A stretch of 64,000 bases of DNA from an uncultured candidate division Zixibacteria bacterium (GTDB lineage: Bacteria; Zixibacteria; MSB-5A5; UBA10806). The notes under the pieces are model-generated. The model was given only the letters and a program-made list of their open reading frames with translations, was not told where the DNA came from and searched no databases. A program made the translations under genes and the position numbers. Positions 44,973 through 57,396 of the stretch are shown piece after piece (position 1 is the stretch's first letter; each line of letters starts with the position of its first letter). Location of the stretch: assembly GCA_963801605.1 (NCBI GenBank), contig CAWDFP010000006.1, positions 704,001-768,000 of the forward strand. The letters are read 5' to 3'.

Positions 44973-45449
44973 ATGTTACCCGGCATGGAGTCCCGCGGCC
45001 TAAAAAAGCTCGTTATCGGCGTCGGTAACGAATTTCGCGGGGATGACGCTGCCGGACTGCTTGTCGCCAGAAAGCTCGTCAAGCTTCAGCCTTCGGGCGT
45101 TGAAATTATTGAATCAAATGGCGATAGCGCCGCCCTGCTTGAACTCTGGAGAGGATCGGACCTGGTCGTGGTGATCGATGCGGTCTTCTCCGGAGAATCA
45201 CCCGGCAAAATCTACCGTTTCGAGCCAATCTCAAATCCCATTCCTCAAAAACTATTTTCCAAAAGCTCAACTCATGACTTTGGTTTGGTGGAGGCAGTTG
45301 AATTATCGCGGGCCTTGGATAGTCTCCCCAAACAGCTAATCGTATATGGAATTGTTGGGGAATCGTTTGATCCGGGGGCAGGTCTTGGCGTGCCTGTAGC
45401 CTCTGCTATTGAGGAGGTTACTTCAAAGGTGCTTGAGGATATCTCTTAA
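44973..45449 (+). CDS. Hydrogenase maturation protease
   Basis: IGVGNEFRGDDAAG, VIDAV, SSTHDFG. Confidence 0.92.
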   Translation: MLPGMESRGLKKLVIGVGNEFRGDDAAGLLVARKLVKLQPSGVEIIESNGDSAALLELWRGSDLVVVIDAVFSGESPGKIYRFEPISNPIPQKLFSKSSTHDFGLVEAVELSRALDSLPKQLIVYGIVGESFDPGAGLGVPVASAIEEVTSKVLEDIS

Positions 45450-45566
45450 CGTAATAAAGTAGTGATTGAAAAGGGTGGCGGCCATGAATGTAAAATCGAA
45501 TATAAATGACACCTGTGCTCAAATGGCTGTTTTTTGGGGATTTCATAGTTAAGTGGGGACGGATTA

Positions 45567-47861
45567 ATGCCAGAGAGCAAGAACATATTAGGCGCAAGGA
45601 AGGAACGGCTTAGGATCGTTTTACATGGCGCCGTACAGGGGGTTGGATTTCGCCCCTTTGTTTATCGTCTGGCAACCGAAATGGACCTTGCAGGTTGGGT
45701 GAACAATTCGCCTCAAGGCGTTTTTATCGAGATTGAAGGGGAAAAACCTATCCTCGATAACTTTCTTATCCGCCTCGAAAACGAAAAACCGCCACGTTCA
45801 TTTATTCAGAGTTTGGAATCATCTTATTTGGATCTCGTTCATTATGATGGTTTCGAAGTTCGCCAGAGCGACCAAAGCGGCAAAAAAAACGCGCTGGTCA
45901 TGCCTGATATCGCAACGTGTCCCGATTGCCTTAAGGAAATATTCGATCCCGCGAACCGGCGTTATCTATACCCCTTTACCAATTGCACCAACTGCGGACC
46001 GCGCTTTACGATTATTGAAAATCTCCCTTATGATCGTCTCAATACCACTATGAGAAACTTTCCCATGTGCCCTAACTGCCGGAGAGAATATGACGATCCC
46101 AAAGATCGCCGTTTTCATGCTCAGCCGAACGCCTGCCCTGAGTGCGGACCTCATCTGGAACTATGGGACAGGGATGGGAAAAAGATCGATCTGCGTCACG
46201 AGGCTCTTTTACAAGGGGCCGCAGCTTTAAGGCAGGGGCAAATCCTGGCGCTTAAGGGCGTGGGCGGATTCCATCTTATGGTCGATGCCAGAGATGAGGA
46301 AGCGGTTAAGAGGCTTCGCTCGAAAAAAGCGCGTGAAGAAAAACCTCTGGCCTTGATGTACCCGAATATTGAGATGCTGAAACAACACTGCTATGTGTCG
46401 GAGGCTGAAGAGAGGCTCCTGTTATCGCCGGAGGCTCCTATTGTTCTTTTGAGGAAGAAAAACACCGGAGGACTGGCCGAGTCGGTCGCGCCCGGAAATC
46501 CCTACCTCGGTGTAATGCTGCCCTACTCACCGCTGCATCATATTCTACTTTCCGAACTTGGCTTTCCGGTCGTCGCTACCAGCGGTAATCGCAGCGAAGA
46601 ACCAATTTGTACCGATGAGAATCTGGCGCTTGAGCGGCTTTCCGACATTGCTGATGTCTTCTTAATTCACAACCGCCCGATCGCACGTCATATTGATGAT
46701 TCCATTGTGCGGCTGGCTGCTGGGCGAGAGCTCGTCATGCGGCGGGCGCGCGGTTTTGCTCCGTTACCCATTTATCTCAAAAATCAAGCCCCGCCAATTC
46801 TGGCTGTCGGGGCTCATTTGAAAAACACAGTGGCTTTGGCCATTGATAACCAGGTGGTCATAAGCCAGCATATCGGGGATTTGGAAACGTCACCAGCCCT
46901 TGAAGCTTTTGAAAAGGTGATTGACGACCTCACCAGGCTTTATGACATTAAACCTGATCTTATTAGTTGTGATCTTCATCCTGATTATCTTTCAACGAAG
47001 TATGCCCGAAAACGAGAAGGGGAAATTGTTTCGGTACAGCATCACTACGCCCATATACTGTCATGTATGGCTGAGTGTGAAATTGAAGCTCCGGCGTTGG
47101 GTGTTTCCTGGGATGGCACTGGTTTGGGGCCGGACAATACCATCTGGGGCGGCGAGTTCTTGAAAATAAATAATGCTTCATTTGAACGCGTTGCTCATCT
47201 TCGCCAATTTAAACTTCCGGGAGGCGAGAGGGCCGTTGTTGAACCGCGCCGCGCCGCCCTGGGAATTCTTCATGAGATTTATGGAAGTGATTTCGCCGAA
47301 GCGCTTGATCTGCCCACACTCCAGGCATTCGGTAAGGAGGAGCTTACTCTTATCACCAAAATGCTTGAGCAAAATCTTAACTCTCCGATAACATCAAGCG
47401 CCGGCCGCCTGTTTGACGCCGTAAGCTCCCTTATTGGAATAAGGCAAATCATGCGCTATGAAGGCCAGGCCGCTATGGAGCTTGAGTTTATAATCGGAGA
47501 TTACGTCACCGATGAAAGCTATCGATTTGAAGTAATGGAAAATAATGGAATCATGGTTGTGGATTGGGAGCCATTAGTCTGCAATATAATAGAGGATTGC
47601 AGGAAGGGGCTTGCATCCGGGCTAATTTCGACTAAATTCCACAATAGTATGGCTGAGATAATAGTCAAAATCGCCAGGCGCGAAGGGGAGAGGAAAGTGG
47701 TTCTCTCCGGTGGATGTTTCCAGAATAAATATCTTCTGGAGCGAAGCATTACCCGCCTGGAAAATGAGGGTTTTCGTCCTTACTGGCACCAGCGGATTCC
47801 CCCCAACGATGGTGGTATAGCGCTGGGGCAAATTATGGCGGCCATCAGACAGAAGGAGTAG
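45567..47861 (+). CDS. hypF: Carbamoyltransferase HypF
   Basis: GAVQGVGFRPFVY, Zn fingers, QHHYAH, PNDGGIALGQ. Confidence 0.97.
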   Translation: MPESKNILGARKERLRIVLHGAVQGVGFRPFVYRLATEMDLAGWVNNSPQGVFIEIEGEKPILDNFLIRLENEKPPRSFIQSLESSYLDLVHYDGFEVRQSDQSGKKNALVMPDIATCPDCLKEIFDPANRRYLYPFTNCTNCGPRFTIIENLPYDRLNTTMRNFPMCPNCRREYDDPKDRRFHAQPNACPECGPHLELWDRDGKKIDLRHEALLQGAAALRQGQILALKGVGGFHLMVDARDEEAVKRLRSKKAREEKPLALMYPNIEMLKQHCYVSEAEERLLLSPEAPIVLLRKKNTGGLAESVAPGNPYLGVMLPYSPLHHILLSELGFPVVATSGNRSEEPICTDENLALERLSDIADVFLIHNRPIARHIDDSIVRLAAGRELVMRRARGFAPLPIYLKNQAPPILAVGAHLKNTVALAIDNQVVISQHIGDLETSPALEAFEKVIDDLTRLYDIKPDLISCDLHPDYLSTKYARKREGEIVSVQHHYAHILSCMAECEIEAPALGVSWDGTGLGPDNTIWGGEFLKINNASFERVAHLRQFKLPGGERAVVEPRRAALGILHEIYGSDFAEALDLPTLQAFGKEELTLITKMLEQNLNSPITSSAGRLFDAVSSLIGIRQIMRYEGQAAMELEFIIGDYVTDESYRFEVMENNGIMVVDWEPLVCNIIEDCRKGLASGLISTKFHNSMAEIIVKIARREGERKVVLSGGCFQNKYLLERSITRLENEGFRPYWHQRIPPNDGGIALGQIMAAIRQKE

Positions 47862-47865
47862 TATC

Positions 47866-48114
47866 ATGTGTTTGGCAATACCGGGGAAAATTACTGAGAT
47901 AATCGATAACGATCCTATTATGCGAACCGGAAAAGTGAGTTTCGGTGGAATCGTTAAAGAAATTAATCTCGCTTACGTGCCTGAAGCTGGAATCGGCGAT
48001 TACGTCATAGTGCATGCCGGTTTTGCCATCAGTAAACTTGACGAGAAAGAGGCAAATGAAGTTTTGGCCTATCTCAAAGAGATTGGTGATCTGGAGGAGT
48101 TGATCGAGCCGTGA
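47866..48114 (+). CDS. hypC: HypC chaperone
   Basis: [19 protein letters not shown]. Confidence 0.97.
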   Translation: MCLAIPGKITEIIDNDPIMRTGKVSFGGIVKEINLAYVPEAGIGDYVIVHAGFAISKLDEKEANEVLAYLKEIGDLEELIEP

Positions 48115-49214
48115 AGTATCTGGATGAGTATCGCGATCAGGCAGCCTGCGAGAAATATGTGGAGGCTATCTCGCGTATCACCAAACGCGGCTGGACCATC
48201 ATGGAAATCTGCGGCGGCCAGACGCATAGTATTATCAAATATGGGATTGATCAACTTTTGCCGAAAGAGATTACTCTCGTTCACGGGCCTGGCTGCCCGG
48301 TTTGTGTAACACCGTTGGAGTTGATCGAAAAGGCCATTGAGATTGCATCCAGGCCAGAAGTCATCTTCTGTTCATTTGGCGATATGCTTCGTGTCCCCGG
48401 AAGTAATAGAGATTTGCTTGCTGTTAAGGCTTCCGGTGGCGATGTGAGAATTGTCTACTCTCCGCTTGATGCGCTAAAAATTGCCCGTGAGAACCCCGAA
48501 AAGGAAGTCGTATTTTTCGCAGTCGGCTTTGAAACCACAGCTCCTGCCAACGCAATGGCAGTTTTTCAGGCCAATCGCGAAGGCCTAAAGAATTTTTCAA
48601 TCCTCGTTTCTCATGTCCTGGTTCCTCCTGCAATGGAGGCGATACTTTCAGCAAAGGATAATCTCGTACAGGGCTTCCTGGCTGCCGGCCATGTCTGCGC
48701 CGTTATGGGTTACGCAGAGTATGAGCCGCTGGCGAAAAAATATAATGTCCCTATCGTCGTTACGGGCTTTGAGCCACTTGATATTTTTCAGGGGATATAT
48801 ATGACAGTCAAGCAGCTTGAGGAAGGTAGAACCGAGGTTGAAAATCAATACAGCCGGGTGGTGCGTCGCGAAGGAAACGTATCTGCTAAAAATTTGATTT
48901 CCGAGATATTCGAAATTGTGCCTCGCAAGTGGCGCGGCGTAGGCGAGATTCCGCATAGCGGCTTGGGGATTCGCGAACCGTATCGGGTATTTGATGCTGA
49001 ATTGCGCTTTGGCCTTTCCAATCACAAAGTTGATGAGCCTTCGGAATGTATTAGCGGAATCATTTTACGCGGCCTTAAAACCCCGTTCGAATGCCCGGTA
49101 TTTGGAACTCGCTGCACGCCGGAGCATCCCTTTGGGGCTACCATGGTTTCTTCCGAGGGAGCTTGCGCAGCTTACTACCGTTATCGTAGAGCGGAAAACG
49201 GGTTAAAATCATAA
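48111..49214 (+). CDS. hypD: HypD
   Basis: [32 protein letters not shown]. Confidence 0.97.
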   Translation: MKYLDEYRDQAACEKYVEAISRITKRGWTIMEICGGQTHSIIKYGIDQLLPKEITLVHGPGCPVCVTPLELIEKAIEIASRPEVIFCSFGDMLRVPGSNRDLLAVKASGGDVRIVYSPLDALKIARENPEKEVVFFAVGFETTAPANAMAVFQANREGLKNFSILVSHVLVPPAMEAILSAKDNLVQGFLAAGHVCAVMGYAEYEPLAKKYNVPIVVTGFEPLDIFQGIYMTVKQLEEGRTEVENQYSRVVRREGNVSAKNLISEIFEIVPRKWRGVGEIPHSGLGIREPYRVFDAELRFGLSNHKVDEPSECISGIILRGLKTPFECPVFGTRCTPEHPFGATMVSSEGACAAYYRYRRAENGLKS

Positions 49215-49222
49215 AGGATATT

Positions 49223-50264
49223 ATGGAATTTCTCCAGTTGCCCGCTTCCAATTCAAAACTATCCCAATATTCTGTTGGCTCATGGCGGCGGCGGCAAACT
49301 CATGCATGATTTAATCGAGAAGATCTTCATGACATCCTTTTCCAACCCCACACTTGAAACCCGTCACGATAGCGCCGTCATAAATCTCGGAGAAATCAGA
49401 ATTGCCTTTACCACTGATTCCTATGTGGTCCATCCTCTCTTTTTCCCCGGGGGTGATATCGGCGCTCTCGCGATCAATGGTACTGTAAACGATCTGGCCA
49501 TGTCCGGAGCGTGCCCCAAATTTCTTTCAACTGGTTTTATTATCGAGGAGGGCCTTCCCACCGAAACGCTGTGGAAAGTAACTCAATCTATGAAATTTGC
49601 CGCTGAGGCTGCCGGAGTTTCCCTTGTAACCGGCGATACTAAAGTAGTCGATCGGGGAAAAGGCGATGGGCTTTTCATTAATACCGCCGGGATTGGGATT
49701 ATAAATCATAATTTGAATATTGCGCCTTCGAGTATTGCCCCCGGTGACGTTATCATCTTAAACGGCGATATCGGCCGGCATGGAATCGCAATCATGGCAG
49801 TCCGTGAGGGATTGGCGTTTGAAAGCGAAATCGAAAGCGATTGTGCGCCATTAAATGGCACCATCTCCAAACTTATTGATTCCGGATTAGCTGTGCATTG
49901 TCTGCGCGATCTCACTCGCGGCGGTTTGGCCAGTGCCCTGGTTGAATTAGCGGAGGCTTCGCGCCAGCACATTAATATCGATGAAAATTTTATTCCGGTA
50001 CGTGAGGATGTTCAAGGCGCTTGCGAGATAATGGGATTCGATCCAATTTACGTTGCCAACGAGGGACGATTTATTGCGATAGTCCCCGAAGCCGAGGCGG
50101 GCCGGGCATTAGAAATCCTATCGGGCGACCCTCAGGGAATAGGTTCTGCTATTATCGGTCATGTTGGAGGCGGCAGGCCGGGTTTTGTCACTATGAAAAG
50201 TAAAATAGGAGTTAACCGCGTCGTCGATATGTTAAGCGGCGAACAACTTCCGCGAATCTGCTAA
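49223..50264 (+). CDS. hypE: HypE; N-terminal frameshift
   Basis: AHGGGG, TDSYVV, GDTKVV, C-terminal PRIC; ATG 49223 is in frame after removing one T. Confidence 0.96.
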
Positions 50265-50276
50265 ATGAGGCAACAG

Positions 50277-50795
50277 ATGAACCATCGATACTTGATTGTG
50301 AGCCTTTGCGTATTAACACTTTTCGGGGCCTGTTCAAAATCTGAAAAAAACAATGTAATAAGAGAATATCCGCTTAATAACCAGGATTATGTTATCGTTA
50401 GTGAAAATGTGTTTTTCGATAAAGATATCTCCAGCGATAATCATGGTTCTCTTCGGATTGAAGCTGAGAAGCCTACAATTATTCCAATTATAAAAGTTAC
50501 TGATCTTAAAATTGATAATACTCGCCTGATTTTTTCCGCTAAAATCAGGACTCAACAGATCATTGGGCAAGTATACCTGGAAATGATCTGTAATCTTCCC
50601 GAACAAAATTCTCTTTCTGCAACGGCGCAAGCAACTCTACTATCCGGCTCCAGCGATTGGAAGGAACAAGCGGCCTCCATTGATCTTCAAAAAAATCAAG
50701 TTCCTGATTCGCTGATTTTAAATCTTGTCATTAATGGGCGGGGCTTAGTTTGGATAGACGATATCAAGCTTTCCAGCGCTCCGTTAAATAAGTAA
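50277..50795 (+). CDS. Lipoprotein with CBM/galactose-binding-like fold
   Basis: Lipobox LFGAC; C-terminal GRGLVWIDDIKL. Confidence 0.65.
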   Translation: MNHRYLIVSLCVLTLFGACSKSEKNNVIREYPLNNQDYVIVSENVFFDKDISSDNHGSLRIEAEKPTIIPIIKVTDLKIDNTRLIFSAKIRTQQIIGQVYLEMICNLPEQNSLSATAQATLLSGSSDWKEQAASIDLQKNQVPDSLILNLVINGRGLVWIDDIKLSSAPLNK

Positions 50796-51046
50796 ACAAT
50801 CCTCCGATAAAATTTATGAGCTTTTAGCCGACCCCCGTTCTAATAACATTTGACGCGTAAGCCATTATTCTTCATCGGGTAACGGTAGACCATAAAATGC
50901 GCGTATCCCATTTTGGATGCACGATAGCGAACGTCTTTGCTTTTAGTATGTAGCGTCCAAGCTATTTTTATCACGGGAGTTGCAAAGCAATAAGGCATTT
51001 TTACCCTAAAGTTAAAACGATTCAAAAAAATGACGATAATGCCAAT

Positions 51047-54000
51047 ATGTCAGATAATACCCTTTCAGTTCAGATTCCAACTCAAGCGCCCGCAAGCGAT
51101 AAAGTTCGGCCTGACGCTAGTTCGTTCCAGGCTCAACACATATCAATGTTTAAACTTGGATTCGAGCGATCTTCCGAAGCCATATTCTTCACCGATCTTG
51201 AGGGGATAATCCTTTACGTCAACCCCGCATTTCAGAAAATTTATGGTTATAGCCAACAAGAGGCTATAGGCAATACTCCTCGTATTCTTAAGTCTGGCCT
51301 TCTTTCTCAAGAGAGCTATGTAAATTTCTGGGAAAGGCTGCTAAATAGGGAAGTAGTCTCCGGAGAGTTAGTAAACAAGACCAAGGACGGGCGCTATATC
51401 GTAATTGATGCTTCGGCTAATCCTGTGCTCAATGACGATGGCAAGATAATTGGGTTCCTTGCGATTCAAAGGGATATTACTGAACGAAAACAAGCTTATG
51501 ATGCCTTACGCGAAAATGAAGAACGCTTTCGTACGATTTTTGAAATGGGGCCGTTTCCCATGGTTTTATCGAATAAATCATTCAAATTCATTCGAGCTAA
51601 TGCTGCATTTTGCAGAATGCTGGGATATTCAGAAGACGAACTAACCCAACTTACATTTCAGGATATTACTCATCCTGATTACGTAGCTCGGGATACCGAA
51701 GCGGTTCTAAAGGTTTGTTCGGGAGAACTACCGGTATTTAACGCCGAAAAAAGATATCTGCGAAAAGATGGCAGTATCGTTTGGGGTGCTGTTACCTTGA
51801 GCCGCATATGCAATACCGATGGTCGTCTTTTATACATATTGGCTATGATCGAAGATATTAATGAGCGAAAAATTGCAGAGCAGGCCCTGCGAGAAAATGC
51901 GGAAAGATTCAGAGGCGTCTTCCAAAATGCCACGATAGGCCTATATAGAACCACGCCTGACGGCAAAATTTTAATGGCAAATCCCACGCTAATCAGGATG
52001 CTTGGATATAATTCATTTGAGGAATTGACCGAACGGAATCTTGAAGAATTCGGCCATAGCCAACAACATCCTCGATCCATTTTCAAGAAGATGATGGAGC
52101 AGGTGGGCGTTGTTCATGGACTTGAATCTGTCTGGCAAAAAACCGATGGAAGCTTTGTTCAAGTATTGGAAAGCGCCAGCGCCTTAAAAGACGAAAACGG
52201 TAATATTGTCTTTTATGAGGGTACCGTAGAAGATATTACCGAGCGAAAGCTGGCCGAGGAGGCGTTGCGGGCCTCAGAGGAAAGATATAAGCTGTTAATT
52301 GAAAATGCCAACGATGCCATCTTTGTGGTTCAGGATCAACAAATAATCTTTGCAAACAGCAAAATCTCCGGGATCATTGGATATGATGAAAAAGGAAATT
52401 ATCAACAGGCCATTTTCCGATTTTATTCATCCTGATGATAAGAACATGGTGGTAAAACGCCATCTGGCGCGAATAGCAGGGGAACAAGCAGAAAGCACCT
52501 ATACTTTCCGAGTACTTCATAGGGATGGCAACACCAGGTGGCTGGAAATAAACGCGGTTAAAATTGATTGGCAGGGAAAACCGGCGACCCTGAATTTTGG
52601 ACGCGATATTACAGCGCGCGTCCAGGCCGAAAAGAATATCAAAGATAGCGAGCAGCGCCATCGAATATTATTCGAAAATATGATGGAGGGGCTTGCTTAC
52701 TGCCAAATGATTTATGATGATAAAGGCGATCCGGTAGATTGGATTTATCTCGATGTAAACACTGCTTTTGAGCATCTGACCGGAATAAAAGACGTGGTTG
52801 GCAAGAAAGTTACCGAGATATTCACAAATATAAAGGAAATAACTCCAGAGTTATTTGAAATTTATGGGCGAGTGGCATCATCGGGTCAGCCGGAGACATT
52901 CGAAATTAACTTCAAGCCCTTATCCGCGTGGCTTCACGTTTCGGCCTATAGCCCATCGAAAGGATATTTTGTAGCCGTATTCGAAAATATCACCGGACGC
53001 AAACAAGCAGAATCCCAAATACAAATCGAGAAAGCTTATTTTGAACAGCTGTTTGTAACTGCTCCCGAGGCAATCGTCGTCGGTAACGCCGATGGTAAAG
53101 TTATTCGTACCAATCCGGAGTTTACCCGGATGTTTGGTTACTTCCAGGAAGAGGCGATAGGGAATTTAATCGATGATTTATTAGCACCAGGAGAGACAGC
53201 GCAAGGAGGCCAATTCCCTTACCGTTAGGGCTGCTTTCGGCGAAACCATTATAAGCGAAGGAATCAGATATCGAAAGGACGGTCAGCCGGTCAACGTATC
53301 CATCCTGGGTACCCCGGTCAGGATCGGCGAAGATCAAATCGCAATTTATGCCATTTATCGGGATATCACGGAGCAGAAAAAAGCGGAAGAAGCTCTGCGG
53401 CATAGCGAGAGATTCCTGAAAGACTCGTTTGATGGGATACAGGACGGATTGTGCGTCATAGATCGGGAATTAAATATTCTTCTGGTAAATAAAACCGAGG
53501 AAACAAGATATTCTCATGCCTTACCCCTGGTGGGAAAGAAGTGTTTTCAGGCATATCATGGTAGAACTGTCCCCTGCGAAATATGTCCGACTATTCGCGC
53601 CATGGAGTTGGGGATACCTCAAATGGATCGTATTCCCCTTGATAGCCCGAGCGGAATTACGGCCTGGCTGGATGTTTACGCTTATCCCATGAAAGATGCC
53701 GATGGGAAGATAATCGGGGTAATTGAAAATGCCCGCGATGTGACCGAGAAGAAAGTTGCGGATGAGTTAATTCAGGCCCGTACATTGTTTTTGGCCAGGC
53801 TGCTTGGGTTAACCGATGCCAGTGAATTGGCTACTCTGGCGTTCGAACACATACGTCATTTTATGCCGATAGATGCCGGAGCCTTAACCATAGCCCATAA
53901 CAATAAAGCCGAATACGAACTTGTATTCTCCGCGGATACAGATGAAAACGGAAACCTTTCGGTTACAACTAATCGCGGCTATATTGCGATGGATTCCAAC

Positions 54001-55836
54001 ACTTCCACAGACCGCGTATTTCGAAACGGCCTAAAATTGATCATTCATCGAACCGAAGAAGAAGCCAGCCAAATTATTCCCTTCAACAAAAGTATGCCGG
54101 CTTATAATAATCGCGTTTCAAGATCGCTGGCCTATTTCCCGTTAATAGTGCACGGCAATACCCTGGGAGTCTTCAGTATATTAAGTTATCAACCTGATAT
54201 TTTTACCGAATCGCGGTTAAATCTTCTAGAAATAATAATGGCGGATTTGGCATTGGCGCTGACCGCAGTCAGGATGACTGAAGCCCTCAAGTCATCCGAG
54301 GAGAAATACAGAAATCTCATAGAAACCATGCCGAATGGTATGCTAATAATAGATATCGATTATAATATAAAATTCGCGAATCCCATTGCCTGTGAGATGT
54401 ATGGTTATTCACTATCCGAAATTCTCGATATGAACTTTAGTAAGCTTGTTTGCCAGGATTCGCTCGGTATATTTATGGAGCAAATGCAAAAGCGCCGTAA
54501 TGGCGAGGGCGGGGAATATGAAATACAAATTACGCGTGGAGATGGTGAAAAGCGCACAATTATGATTGTGGGAGCGCCGTTGCGCGATCAAAGCAATGCC
54601 TTTTGCGGAGCGATAGGAATCTGTAGCGATGTTACGGAGATAAGAAGATCAGAAATTGAAAGGCAAGAACTGCGTGAAAAGCTTGCTCGCGCCCAGCGTA
54701 TGGAGTCTCTGGGAGTATTGGCCGGCGGAGTGGCCCATGACCTCAATAATATCCTGGGGCCGCTGGTGGCTTATCCTGAACTGATAAGGATGAAGCTACC
54801 GACCGAAAGCCCAATTATAAATCAGATTACTAAAATTGAATCATCGGCTCAACGCGCCGCGGAAGTTGTCCAGGACCTTCTTTCCATGGCTCGTCGCGGG
54901 CGCTATGAAATGCGTCCTATCTGCTTGAATAAGGTTGTTGAGAGCTATATACAATCGCCGGACTTTTTCGATCTTAAAATGCGATTTCCCGGCGTTTCCT
55001 TAAATTTAGAGCTTTCAGATGACAGGCGTTTGGTATTCGGTTCCGAACTGCATCTCTATAAAGTTGTCATGAATTTAGTCCTCAATGCCATGGACGCTAT
55101 GCAAAATGGTGGCGCTCTCACAATAAAAACGGAATGTCGCCAGATTGACAAATTGATAGGCGGTTACGATAATATTGAAGCCGGCTATTATAATATTCTA
55201 ACCGTCAGCGACACCGGAGTGGGGATTGAAACTAAAGACTACAAACGCCTGTTTGAACCATTTTATACCAAGAAAGAGATGGGCAAAAGCGGTAGCGGCC
55301 TGGGATTGGCAATCGTTTACGGCGTGGTAAAAGATCATAACGGATATATCGATGTGCGCAGCCAGACCGACCACGGGAGCGATTTTATCGTTTATATCCC
55401 TGCCACGTCCGAAATCGCTGTGGAAGATACGCCAGAGCCCTCCTCAATCAAGGGTAACGAGCGTATTCTTATCGTGGATGATATCCCCGAGCAGCGCGAA
55501 TTAGCGGTAACGATTTTGGGAAGTCTGGGCTACAATGCCGAATGCGTTCCCGACGGCCATGCCGCCGTGGAATATCTTAAAACTGGAACCGTTGATGTCG
55601 TTGTACTTGATATGATTATGGAACCGGGGTTCGACGGACTCGATACTTATCGGGAAATTCTGAAAATTCATCCTGGCCAAAAGGCGATTATTACGAGCGG
55701 TTTTTCGGAAACTGATCGAGTCAAAGAAGCCGAAAAATTGGGTGTAGGCAAATATATTAGAAAGCCCTATACCATGCAAAAGCTTGGGAAAGCCATTAGA
55801 GAAACGCTGGATTGCCCGCTCGCCCTCAATACTTAG
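51047..55836 (+). CDS. Cytoplasmic hybrid histidine kinase: about 8 PAS, GAF, HisKA, HATPase, REC; frameshifts near 52390 and 53190-53230
   Basis: Repeated PAS ends (RDITERK); LAGGVAHDLNN H-box; NLVLNAMDA; GSGLGL; ILIVDD...LDMIM...KPY receiver. Confidence 0.88.
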
Positions 55837-55969
55837 TTTTGGGTATTATTACAAATGAAAGCCTAAGTATTTATGACCTGGAATTAATATTCACGCAGAG
55901 TATTACTGCTATTAATCCACTACCAAAAAATATAACGCATAGTAATCAACAGATCTTCAGGATAATGCT

Positions 55970-57157
55970 TTATCCTTTTTCGAGAACCAGAATAGGAGCT
56001 TCGGCTGGTACTCCCAATCTGAACGGAAGCCAATGCCCCATTCCGGCGGACGTATAAAGAGTGGTATTCCCGCGTCTATATGTGCCCCAGAAATATTTTT
56101 CGGGGAATATCGGTTCAAAAATGGATCTTCCGCCATAACCTACCTGGCCGCCGTGCGTATGGCCAGAGAGCACTAAATCGATACCCTTCAGAGTCGAGTA
56201 ATTAAACCCCTCCGGCCGATGACACATTAAAAGTTGAAAGGAATCGGGCGAGGCACTATTCATGGTACGTTCGATTGTATTTTGCAGAAATTGGCTATAA
56301 TCACGACGTAAATACCGGGGATCGTCAGCGCCACCAAGAATAATTTTGGTACCGGCGATACTAAGATTGATATGCTGATTTATTAAAATCGGAAAAGGAG
56401 CAGTTTTAAAGATCCGTAAAACTTCCATAATTCCGCGATAATACTCGTGATTCCCTACGCAGGCATAGGTGCCATAAATCGGGGCCAGACTATTGATGAT
56501 CTTTAGGGCATCCGGTAGAATGTCGAGATCATCTGAAATGTCGCCAGTCACCAGAACCAAATCCGGTCGGTGGGGTTCCAGTTTCTCTACGGCCTTTTCG
56601 AGATCGTCTAAGTGTACATAGTAGCCCAGATGAAGATCCGAAAGATGAGCGATCTTAAAACCCTCCAATGCCGGAGGCAGCGACGCAATCGGTATTTTTC
56701 TGATGGGGATTCCGATCGGTGCGTATGAATCGACCACCCCGGCCATGCCGGATGGTATCGCCGTTGCGGGAAAAACCGCCGCGGCGAGTTTTACAAATCG
56801 TCGTCGGCTTTTGGAGAAAGGCTGATCCGTTTTACGGCGTTTGGCATAGTCAATAATCCGAACAGCGGAATGCATTATCCCTGAAAGCGGCAGCGAGATC
56901 AAAAGAGAGATTTCCAGAACAAACAAGGCTGGTGTGATGGTTGCCCCGAGTTGAGTGAGCGACGGTAAGCTTTTCAAATGACCCCAGGCCCAAAATATCG
57001 TCGAGGCTACTGCTAAAAGCGGCACCACAATGGCAGGAATGCGAACCAGTTTTAGTTTCCACCAGGAGGGGTGTAATACCCAAAGAAGCAATATATTGAT
57101 AAGTCCTATGGCTGCAATAAAGGCTGAGGCGGCAACAACAAGATTTATTAAACCCAT
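55970..57157 (-). CDS. Membrane metallophosphoesterase (YkuE-like)
   Basis: HLSDLHLG, TGD, GNHEYY, LSGHTHGGQ; N-terminal TMs and internal SRRRFVK. Confidence 0.9.
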   Translation of the reverse strand: MGLINLVVAASAFIAAIGLINILLLWVLHPSWWKLKLVRIPAIVVPLLAVASTIFWAWGHLKSLPSLTQLGATITPALFVLEISLLISLPLSGIMHSAVRIIDYAKRRKTDQPFSKSRRRFVKLAAAVFPATAIPSGMAGVVDSYAPIGIPIRKIPIASLPPALEGFKIAHLSDLHLGYYVHLDDLEKAVEKLEPHRPDLVLVTGDISDDLDILPDALKIINSLAPIYGTYACVGNHEYYRGIMEVLRIFKTAPFPILINQHINLSIAGTKIILGGADDPRYLRRDYSQFLQNTIERTMNSASPDSFQLLMCHRPEGFNYSTLKGIDLVLSGHTHGGQVGYGGRSIFEPIFPEKYFWGTYRRGNTTLYTSAGMGHWLPFRLGVPAEAPILVLEKG

Positions 57158-57396
57158 TAAGCTAAACCTGAATGTTATTCATTATCAAACACGCCGACAA
57201 TCATCATAAAAATTCCAACGACTATGGCAGATAGTATGTTCCAGATGCCATTTTGTCGTAACCAGTATCAATTATATTCGTATCCATCTTAAAGGAAAGG
57301 TTTTTATTTGGAATTATCGAATTTTTTACATAAATTTCCCAAAATTGATGAAAAATATGATCAAGATTATCGTCAGAATAAGAAAAGGATTAAAAA

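Noticed and set aside
50840..51025. 61-aa minus ORF or c-di-GMP riboswitch upstream of the kinase
   Set aside because: No SD or recognisable motif, and no GEMM consensus
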